A stretch of 64,000 bases of DNA. It comes from Rebecca billardiae RCC1528 (lineage: Eukaryota > Protista > Haptophyta). Location of the stretch: positions 744,001 through 808,000 of the forward strand of contig OZ251235.1 of NCBI GenBank assembly GCA_965240325.2, given 5' to 3'. The position numbers were made by a program, and so were the translations under genes. The notes under the pieces are model-generated. The model was given only the letters and a program-made list of their open reading frames with translations, had not been told where the DNA came from and ran no database searches. Below are positions 55,769 through 64,000 of the stretch, in pieces; position 1 is the first letter of the stretch, and each line of letters begins with the position of its first letter.

Positions 55769-57001
55769 GGCGTCCCGCGTCCGCAGAATCCACCCCTTTC
55801 ACAGCGGCGCCGAGCGTCGAGCGAGCTACAGGATCACTCGGAGGATCGACCACGACAATCGATCAATCTCAAATCATCGAACCTCTTCGCCGAATCGCCC
55901 TTCGCCAAATAAATCGCCATCCCCTTCGCCTTGTCAGTCGATCCAACGCCCGGTCCAGCTGCAGCTGCGCGGACGGCCCCGTTGCCAAGACATTCGTGGC
56001 GCCCGTCGCACGCGCTCGTCTGCGGCGGTTGACGTGGCCGCGGTGACGGCGCATAGTGGTCACCCCCTCAAACACGCGTAAGGGACGTCCGGCTCGGTAG
56101 ATGTGTGCCGCCTCTGCCTCTTCTCACTGTACGCACCACTCGACATGCCACCCGCCGCCAATGCCAACCGTTGCCCACCGCGTCCGCTTCTCTCCGCGGC
56201 ATACGCTCGAGTCGTGCCTTGGACCAGTGCGCATGGGGCTAGCGTAGACAAGTACTTACAGCCTTACTATCTAGGAAGCCCACGCCTGGCACTTGCAGCA
56301 CCTCCGGTGCGATTAAATTGAAGCGCCGCCGCCGCCGCCGCGGGCAGCCGTTTTGGCAAACGTTGAGCTGAAGCGAACGCATTGATGCGAAGTAACACAG
56401 TAACCACGTGCGCAGAAGAGGCCAATGAGCCTAGCCATGAGGGTCAGAAGCGGAGCCAATTGCTACACGCCCTGCCCGTCTCGCGCACCGTCGCACCGCG
56501 GCCAGGCATTTCCGCCACGAGCACACGCAGCAGAGTGAGGCTGCGCGCACCACTACAGTCTATTCACTCTACAGTACCAGGCGCGGCGGTCGAGGCGGCC
56601 GGGCCGTCGCGGCCGAGATCGAGTCCTAAGCCGGCCTCCGACCGAAGGCGACAGGATGATCCAGTGCCCGTTATACCGTATTCATTCTTGATTAATACTA
56701 TATATATAGTTCATTTTGTCATATAGTTAAATTCATCGACTCTCTGAGTGCGTGGACAGACGCGGAATCAGGCCGAGCCCGAGCCCGGCTGCGCCCTCAT
56801 CAGCCTGTGTCTTTTAAAAATCACATAGAATTAGTCAGCAGGCTGCAGGGCCAGGTTCAGGTTGCGGCACGGGCAATGCGGGGCGGTTCGGCCTTCGGGC
56901 ATTGTGAGTGTGACGAAGCCTGCTCTGTGGCTCAGTGAGTCCGCTCACGAGCCGAGCCGCCGCACCACTCACCAGCGGGCTCGCGGACCGCGGGGAGTCC
57001 G

Positions 57002-57437
57002 TAGAGGGGTCAGAGCCCCACTGGGGGATGCGTGGCCCAAAATCCAACTTCCTGTCGTCTTGAGATGAGGCTCTCAAACTTCGGGATGTCAATATTCGCC
57101 TGAAATGAGCTGGGGTCACGCTGACAAGTTTTGCGAAAAAATGCCACATATTAGAGATATACGACCTCAATCTCGACGCGATCTCTGCAACATTAGTAGG
57201 GGAGATACACGATCTCCCAGGCGATAGTCTCGCTATTTGCACCAGAATCGCACCGTCTAGATCACATTTTGGCAGTCTGAAATTGGCACAGGCGGATTCT
57301 ACACCCTGGAATTAAGCCTTAACGCCTACTAACTAGTTCGCCCAAGTAAATACCCGTGTGATAGTTCATGCTAAGAGATTTCGGGAGATTGTGGCTTCCG
57401 AGAGTGTAACGGTCGGAGCTCTGACCCCACTACTCTA
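57002..57437. mobile_element. MITE, 436 bp, TAG...CTA ends, 9-bp TSD
   Basis: gggagtccg-[tagaggggtcagagc ... gctctgaccccactactcta]-gggagtccg, with an AT-richer noncoding interior. Confidence 0.85.
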
Positions 57438-57657
57438 GGGAGTCCGCGCGGGCGGGCCGCGGCCGGCCGGCTAAACCGTCAGACTAGACCATCAACGATG
57501 GCGCCCCCTGGTAGTCAGGCTTCAGCAGGCGACGATGCCGCTGACTCAATGCAAAGACTGAGGCTCTGAGCAGTGCTGCAGCCTGTGACGCGCGCGCCGT
57601 CAACTGACTGTCAAGCCGCGGCTGTCGCGGCATGTGCCACATCGAAGCGTGTCCCAT

Positions 57658-58383
57658 CTACGACTGGGCAGAGTCGTCACCGGTGGCTGCACCGGCAGGC
57701 GAGCTGCCAGTCTCGCCATCGAGTAAGTGTTGCTCAATCAGCGGGAACATTTGAGGCCAGCGGCCGGCCGTCCAGATGTCCGCAACAAGCCCACGTGTGC
57801 GCTCGCTGCTCAGCCAGGGCACCGTCTCCTCCTCGTACGCCGCAAGTCGGCTCTCAAAGACGTCGAGCGCGTCATCGGGATGTGCACGGCCGGCGGCGGA
57901 CGAGCCACAGCATTCGGTGACGGCTGGCAGGCGCGACCCGTCGCCCAGAACGATCTCCTCGTCGTACAGCCCGGAGTCGCAGCTGGGACACACAGCGCGC
58001 TGAGCAATTGATGCGCGCATGTGCGATGGCCGACCGCGCAGATGAAGGATCTGGGAAACGTCGGCGTGTCGCTTGAGGTGCTGCCACTGCTGCGCGTTGC
58101 GTGGATAGCCGGAGATCACCAGGCTCGCGCGCGGCGCGCGGCTGCGCTGCGCCCACAGCTGATCCAGCAGGGGGGCGACCAGCCGGGTCGGCAACAGGGC
58201 ACCACGGTGCGCCTGCATGTGCGACCCAATCTGGACGCCGAGCGCCGTCTGGTGGCGCACTTCGAGGTCGATCAGCCGACAGATCGACACGTGCTCCGCA
58301 CCCAGCCGCCCGGCAAGTAGGCGGCCGATCGTGTGCGCGTCCGTGCCTGGCGTGCCAACGATGGCCAGGCGCCGGGCCGCCAT
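57658..58383 (-). CDS. Adenylate-kinase-like protein with degenerate P-loop
   Basis: IVGTPGTDAHT (cf. GPPGSGKGT), HVS, SGYPRN..Q, LID region R.VCPSC...ECC and DD....SRL..Y..ET.P. Confidence 0.75.
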   Translation of the reverse strand: MAARRLAIVGTPGTDAHTIGRLLAGRLGAEHVSICRLIDLEVRHQTALGVQIGSHMQAHRGALLPTRLVAPLLDQLWAQRSRAPRASLVISGYPRNAQQWQHLKRHADVSQILHLRGRPSHMRASIAQRAVCPSCDSGLYDEEIVLGDGSRLPAVTECCGSSAAGRAHPDDALDVFESRLAAYEEETVPWLSSERTRGLVADIWTAGRWPQMFPLIEQHLLDGETGSSPAGAATGDDSAQS

Positions 58384-58712
58384 GCTTGCGCCACTGAGTG
58401 CTGCTGCGTGAAAAATTCGTCGATTCGATCACGTGCGCGGAAGCTGAGCGACCGGAACGACTCATGGGTCCGGATTCGATCAGATTCCTGCTATGGTATC
58501 ATTACTTCATTGGTTGGGAGTCCGGGCCGCTCGGCTCGGGGTAAGTAAAGTCCCCCACACGGACGCTCTCAGATCAGGCTCCAAGCTCACAAGATGCAGC
58601 GAGATTCCCTAAGGTTTCAGGCTGGCGTTGCAACTTTTCTATGAATGATAGATCCACCATTACGACTCAAGCAGAGTTGTGGCCTATTTGACAATTGTCC
58701 CAACCGACACCC

Positions 58713-59921
58713 ATGTGCTCGGAAAGGTTCCGCGAGAGAGCTTCACCCGGTAGGCTGCCCGCCGACCGGATGCACGGCGAGGTTCCCGCGATGCTGCTGT
58801 CCGATATCGCGAACGGGGAAGCGCTGGGCAAGGCCGGCGGGTGCGTCCAGCTGCCACGGCGCTCGCGCGATGGCGATGCATCGCGCACCGTTGGAGACCT
58901 TGCCGGCATGGCGCTCATCAATCGGCCGGCTACGGGCGCAGCGGCTGCAACGATTGTGCCCCTCCGCTCCTACTCGCTGAGCGACATGCAGTCTTTGGAT
59001 CACGGCTCGGAGCAGAACTCCGTCGAGCAAGGCGCGGTGCAGTCTTTCCTGCTCTACGTGTCAAGGATGCTGGCCATGGACATCGGCGAGCTGTGGACGG
59101 TCGACGTCGGGTCGTCGCTGCAGATGACCAAGCTCTACATCGAGCCCAACTTCTACGAGCAGCACGCGCACCGAATCGTGTACCCGGACGGGGATCCGCG
59201 CAGCAACCCCGCGGCGCAGCACCGTCACTCGCGCGCGTTGTGTCGCGAGAGCCTCGCGAGCGGCGAGCCTCTCTGGCTCGATGTGAGCAACATGCAGCTC
59301 GGCCCAGCTGCGGCCGCGGAGAAGGGCAGCGGCGACATCGGGCACCGCGCGGAGCTGCCGCTGCGCACGGCGGTGGTGATCCCGTTCACGACGCATCCGT
59401 CGCTGCAGGGGAAGCCAGTCCTCGCGCACCGCCAGCCGTCGGGCGGCGCCACCTCCATCCTCGTGCTCTACTCGCAGCGCCACCTGCCCCGGCCGTCGGA
59501 GCTCGCCATGGACACCATCACGTCCTTTACGCGCGCGGTCGCGACGCAGGGGTCGATGATGCGCATGCTGAGCCAGCTGAACATGCGGATCGACGCGGAG
59601 CCCAAGTCGACCGCCTCCGTCAGCGATCGGCTCGGGCTGACCCCATCGTCCTCGTTCCCCTCGGACCTGCACGCGCTCGAGCGGCGGGCGGGCAAACTGA
59701 GCAGCCTCACTAGGCAGGGCGGCCTCACGAGGCAGGCGTACAGCGTGCAGTCGCTCAGCTCCATGCCCGGCGCGAGCTCGCCGCCGCCGACGCCCACGGA
59801 GGCGCCGAACGCGCCCAGGCCAGCCCCTGCGGCGCGCAGCACCTTTGCGCAGCGCCGCATGCGCCAGATGCTGGAACAGGAGCCAGGCGGCGCGGCACTG
59901 GTTGCGGCCACGACGAATTGA
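58713..59921 (+). CDS. Hypothetical protein with a GAF-like domain
   Basis: DIGELW...LCRESLASGEPLW...LRTAVVIPF...ILVLYS pattern; codon usage is gene-like. Confidence 0.55.
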   Translation: MCSERFRERASPGRLPADRMHGEVPAMLLSDIANGEALGKAGGCVQLPRRSRDGDASRTVGDLAGMALINRPATGAAAATIVPLRSYSLSDMQSLDHGSEQNSVEQGAVQSFLLYVSRMLAMDIGELWTVDVGSSLQMTKLYIEPNFYEQHAHRIVYPDGDPRSNPAAQHRHSRALCRESLASGEPLWLDVSNMQLGPAAAAEKGSGDIGHRAELPLRTAVVIPFTTHPSLQGKPVLAHRQPSGGATSILVLYSQRHLPRPSELAMDTITSFTRAVATQGSMMRMLSQLNMRIDAEPKSTASVSDRLGLTPSSSFPSDLHALERRAGKLSSLTRQGGLTRQAYSVQSLSSMPGASSPPPTPTEAPNAPRPAPAARSTFAQRRMRQMLEQEPGGAALVAATTN

Positions 59922-59974
59922 TTCATGGCCGCGCATTCACGCGCATCAATTGTTGTGCCCGGTGTCGCGTGAGT

Positions 59975-60018
59975 TCGCCTGCCTGAGCTGTGTGCGTCCC
60001 TTATTCTTAGTAAACTGT
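59975..60018 (-). repeat. ~45-bp dispersed repeat, copy 3
   Basis: Reverse complement acagtttactaagaataagggacgcacacagctcaggcaggcga, one mismatch to copy 1. Confidence 0.9.
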
Positions 60019-60341
60019 TGAGAGATCGTCCTCGGAGCAGACTCGGATCGGCGCGCGGCAATAAGTGTCAAAAACGCCGCGGCGCCGGCGGCCGCCGGCG
60101 GGCCGCGCCAGCATTGATGGATTCGCACCGCGAATTATTGACAGCATCTGATAGCGAGATTGATTTGAGAATTGATTCGGTCGCCGGTGGGCGCTGGCAC
60201 CGGGCACCGGCGCCGCCGCGCCGCCGGCTGCGGCCTGACTGGCTTCGGCGTCCCGCGGTCGCACGGTCCGGTCTGACTCCGCCGTGTGCAAGCGCGCAAT
60301 GAGTCTGCGGGCCGGCCGCGGGAACGGGCGATGCGATGCGT

Positions 60342-61229
60342 TCACTGCTCATCAAGCGGCTGCACCGCGTTGTAATGCTCGCCCAGCCCGAACGCGTGCT
60401 GGTGGAAGGCGAGCTCGATGGTGGGCGTACTCTGGGCGGCTGCGCTGCCATCGCTCATCACCAAAGGCGGCGCACCGACTGTGTGCACACGGATCGGGCG
60501 GCCCAGGACGGTGGCGAGCGCGCGTATCTCCATCTGCCCGCCCCACGCAGCCGTCGACGCCATCTCCTTGCAGTACGCCTCGAACGTCGGCGCCGTGTCC
60601 GTCGGCTCGAAGAAGGGCTCGAAGTCCGGGGCGTGCGCTCTCGCGTGCTCCACGGCACGCCGCCGCAGGTCCCACACGGGCGCGTCATCTGTGGCGGCGG
60701 CCTTGGGCGTCTCCAGCTGGCACGCGACCGCGCGAAAGAGGCAGTGCCCGTCCGCCGCCACCTCACGCACGCCCAGTCCCAGTGGTGCGAGCTGCGCTCG
60801 GAGGGCCGCGTCCTCCTCTGCGCGCCGGTCAGGCCCGGCATTCTGCCGAGCCTCGGCCATCCGGGCCTCGCGCTCGGCTTCTTCGCGCTGCTTTTTCGCG
60901 CGCCGCTGCTGGGACTTGCCCTTGACCTTGCGCTGCCCATCCTCACTCGCATCCGCGCCCGCATCGCGCTCGCGGGCGTGCCGCTCTAACAGCTCATTCT
61001 CAAGCTGCCCGATTTGGATGGCGACAGCCGCGCGCTCCGCCTTGCCCGCGGCCTTCTTCATCGCGCGCACGCGCTCCCTGAGCTCGACCTTCTCGCGCGC
61101 ATGGCGCTGCACCATGCTCTCCCCAGCCGACGCGGCAGGCTCGCCCGCGTCCGCCCCCTCGTCCTCGTCACCAAAGGTGAAGGCTGCGAGCACATCCTCC
61201 AGGTTCGTGTCGCCCTCAGCGTCCGCCAT
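60342..61229 (-). CDS. OTUD6B: OTU deubiquitinase (OTUD6B/Otu2-like)
   Basis: RH..E..EL N-terminal coil, ADGHCLFRAV, WGGQMEIRAL and HAFGLGEHYN. Confidence 0.9.
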   Translation of the reverse strand: MADAEGDTNLEDVLAAFTFGDEDEGADAGEPAASAGESMVQRHAREKVELRERVRAMKKAAGKAERAAVAIQIGQLENELLERHARERDAGADASEDGQRKVKGKSQQRRAKKQREEAEREARMAEARQNAGPDRRAEEDAALRAQLAPLGLGVREVAADGHCLFRAVACQLETPKAAATDDAPVWDLRRRAVEHARAHAPDFEPFFEPTDTAPTFEAYCKEMASTAAWGGQMEIRALATVLGRPIRVHTVGAPPLVMSDGSAAAQSTPTIELAFHQHAFGLGEHYNAVQPLDEQ

Positions 61230-61348
61230 TGCCCTGACCGCAAGCGTCGCCACGTGTCGCCGTCACTCGCCGACAATCAGCGGACCGGATTCGCCCGTCG
61301 TCGCTCGACTGCCGTCAGCTCGTCCCATCTCGGGGCTGCGTCGGAAGG

Positions 61349-62136
61349 ATGGGACGGCAGCGCGCCGCTCGGGGCGTGGGGGCGCTTCTCCTAGCGGTGC
61401 TCCTTGCCGCTACGCAGCTGAGCGTAGCGTCTGCACATGCCCCGTCGCCTCTCCTGCGCACTCACGGCGCAGGCACACGTGCGCGCGCGCTCGGGCAGCG
61501 GGGAGAAGACCGAGCCGTGTCGGCCCTGGCTGGCCGCCTGCGTGGCGGCAGGAGTATGGAGGAGCTCACAGAGAAGGCGAAGGCCTCGTTCCTCTCCATC
61601 ACCCCCGTCGTGCGCGCATGGCTCGTCGGCATGGTCGTGCTGACGCTCGGCTTTGCGCTGGGTGCGCTCCCGCCTGAGCTGCTGCAGCTCGACTGGGCGG
61701 CGTCGACACGCGGGCTGCAGCTGTGGCGGCCGTTCACCGGCGCGCTCTTCGTGGGCCAGCTCAACCCGTCCATCCTGATGCGCTGCTACTACTGGCTCAT
61801 GTATGGGCAGGAGCTCGAGCGCGCGCTCGGCACGGCCGACTTTGCGCGCGCGATGCTCACGCTGCTCTGCCTGCTGTCGTACGTGGCGAAGCTGCTCTCG
61901 TGGCCGTTCGTCGCGGACGCGCTGATCATGGCGCTCACCATGATCTCGACGCGCATGCGCCCCTCCGAGCGCGTCTCCCTCTTCGGCATCCCGCTGAAGA
62001 ACAAGTACCTGCCTTTTGTGATGGTGGTCTCCAACTACATTGCGCAGCAGAAGCCACCCGTGCAGGACGCGGCGGGCATCGTCGTGGGCTACGCGTGGAG
62101 CGTGCTGGCCAAGCTGCACGAGCGCGAGCTCGTCAT

Positions 62137-62171
<35 letters not shown>

Positions 62172-62287
62172 GCGAAGGCGGGAAGCCGGACGCCGAGGGC
62201 GAGCAGGCAGCGGCCGAGAAGCCGAAGAAGGCGACAGGGCCGCGGCGTCGGCGCTCAGGCTCCATCGTCAAGGACGAGCAGCGCTGA
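61349..62287 (+). CDS. Derlin (Der1) with N-terminal bipartite-like leader ending in LRGG
   Basis: ITPVVRAW, QLWRPFT, GQELE, GTADF, VSLFGIPLKNKYLPF and GIVVG; hydrophobic signal plus an extension ending RLRGG. Confidence 0.85.
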
Positions 62288-62594
62288 CGCGCCACCAGCC
62301 GGACTCTGGGGGCTTGCGACTGGGGCGCGGACCGTCACCACGCCCTCGCTCGCTGCGACGCACGCTCGGCGCCATCGACGCGCTTGACCGATCTCTCGCC
62401 TACAAGCACGCCACTGCGCCGCACATCACTTACAGACTGACTCGTCGGACTCATCACATGCGACAGCAGTGAGCAGACGCAGGCCAGCAAGGGCCACGGG
62501 CCCCCGGTGCGCGGCCTGCTGTGACGGCTGACGGCCTCGTCGTAATCACGCGTTGATGGCAGATATGGACTACCACCGGGGCCGAATTGACGAG

Positions 62595-64000
62595 TCACAC
62601 AGTCGTAGTGCCACCCGTCGACGGCGTAGCGGTGCCCTGCTGGCGCCACGAGCGCCTCCTCTTCGCCTTCTTCGCCTTGCCCAGCGCCCGGGCACACGTG
62701 CGGTACTGCTCGTACCCGCCGTACCCGAAGAGCTCCTCGAGCTCCCAGTCGAAGTGCTCGAGCAGCGCGCGCCACACCTCGCGCGGGAACTTGAAGACGA
62801 ACGCGCAGCCGTCTGGTGTCACGGCCGCAAGTCGGTCGCGCGCATCTTGGTCGTTCGCGAGGTTGCCGTCCGGCTGCACCGGGAGCGCCTCGAGGCTGAT
62901 CCACACGCTGCGCGGGCACAGCCCCAGCCTGCTGCCGAGCAGGCACGCGACCGCGCTCGGCCGGCGCGAGATGTCCTCGTACCGCAGCACGACGAGCTGG
63001 GCCCCGCCCTGCCGCCGGCTCACCGTGTGCACGAGCCCGCCTCGCCGTGCCTGCTCGTCCGCGCGGACGAGGTCGAAGGCGTCCCGCATGAGCCCGAGCT
63101 TGGCGATCCGAAGCTCGACGATCGTCTTGAACGCGTGCACCGCGCACTGCCGCTGCTGCTCGGCGGGCAGCCGGCGGATCTCGTCGAGCGCGCGCGTGCG
63201 GTTGTGCACAAGCCCCAGCTGGGCGCATCGCTCGGCAGCTTGCGGCACGCGTGGGCTGAGCCACTCCGAGCTGACAAAGTCGCGCGACTTGGAGAGGCGC
63301 AGCCACGGCGCGTCGTGCGGCGCGCGGTGCATCGCCAGCAACCACTGCAGCGGCTCCCTCACCAGCACGACGAGGGGCGCCGCGCCGCTGTGCGCCAGCT
63401 GCAGCTGCTGCCGCATAGCGCCGAGGTCAGCGGCCGAGTCTGTCGTCCACATGAACTGCGTCGCCTCGCCGCCCGGCATCAGCTCCGTGCCAAAGTTGAG
63501 CAGCATCATGCGCCTGAGGGCGTTCGCGCCCGTGTGCCGCTCGCCGACGATCCGGTAGTGGAGCGCCCCTGCCGCTGGCTCGGCACCGGCACTGGCGGCG
63601 GCGGCCGGAGCGGCGGCGCCGTCAGCGGCGGCGCCGTCAGCGGCGGCGCCGTCAACGGCGGCAGGCTCGGTGATCTCAGGCTTGACGGGGTGGCACGCCG
63701 GCGGCACGGTGGGGAGGAGGTTCGCGGGGCAGTCCGCGCTCCACCGCTTCGGCATGTGCACCGCCTTGAGCATCCCCGACGCGAGCACGCGCCAGTAACG
63801 GTCCCAGTGCGCGTCCCCGCTCGTGTTGGTTCTGTGCAGCGCGTCCTGCTCGTTGCCGAGCGGCCGGATTTTCAGCTGGTGCTTGCAGTAGAGCTGGGTG
63901 CAGTGCAGGAAGCGCGGCACGCCCATGTACTCGAGGTAGTCCGAGATCAGCAGGTCGTCCGAGATCCGCGCGTCCAGGTTCGCTGTCAGCGCGCTGAACC
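62595..64000 (-). CDS. 3' part of a gene: probable glycosyltransferase C-terminus fused to a sulfotransferase-like domain (5' end outside the window)
   Basis: The frame stays open to the window edge (ARISDDLLISDYLEYMGVPR). Sulfotransferase-like motifs: IVGERHTGAN, VLVREPLQWLLAM and LRYED. Confidence 0.65.
   Translation of the reverse strand, partial: FSALTANLDARISDDLLISDYLEYMGVPRFLHCTQLYCKHQLKIRPLGNEQDALHRTNTSGDAHWDRYWRVLASGMLKAVHMPKRWSADCPANLLPTVPPACHPVKPEITEPAAVDGAAADGAAADGAAAPAAAASAGAEPAAGALHYRIVGERHTGANALRRMMLLNFGTELMPGGEATQFMWTTDSAADLGAMRQQLQLAHSGAAPLVVLVREPLQWLLAMHRAPHDAPWLRLSKSRDFVSSEWLSPRVPQAAERCAQLGLVHNRTRALDEIRRLPAEQQRQCAVHAFKTIVELRIAKLGLMRDAFDLVRADEQARRGGLVHTVSRRQGGAQLVVLRYEDISRRPSAVACLLGSRLGLCPRSVWISLEALPVQPDGNLANDQDARDRLAAVTPDGCAFVFKFPREVWRALLEHFDWELEELFGYGGYEQYRTCARALGKAKKAKRRRSWRQQGTATPSTGGTTTV

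Noticed and set aside
1-64000. tRNA, rRNA or snRNA genes
   Set aside because: None recognised by eye; a tRNAscan-SE/Infernal run would be needed to exclude them.

Overview
Very GC-rich, intron-containing eukaryotic nuclear DNA, not prokaryotic. Composition, short (GC)n-rich introns, a DNMT5 gene, a plastid fibrillin and a signal-peptide Derlin point to an alga with a secondary red plastid, most plausibly a haptophyte such as a Pavlovales species (inference). About 25 genes are present, mostly in tight head-to-head pairs: a C2-C2-RGS protein, bestrophin-like channel, fibrillin, PAC3, zf-PARP/F-box/LRR protein, LYR-like protein, RING-CH/YqgE fusion, DUF1769, nucleotide-sugar transporter, a ferredoxin fold lacking its cluster cysteines, proteasome alpha-6, an ~2670-aa DNMT5 (C5-MTase + SNF2), GHITM, BAG, an EF-hand/Sfi1-like protein, a Kelch membrane protein, class-3 lipase, two glycosyltransferase/sulfotransferase-like fusions, a degenerate adenylate kinase, a GAF-like protein, an OTU deubiquitinase and a Derlin. 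The spacers downstream of genes hold non-autonomous mobile DNA: several TIR elements (some carrying apparent gene fragments), a MITE with a 9-bp TSD, a ~45-bp dispersed repeat, and three 17-22-bp micro-insertions with 7-bp target-site duplications. Most ORFs in the supplied track are shadows of high GC content. All domain calls come from reading motifs by eye; no database search was run.
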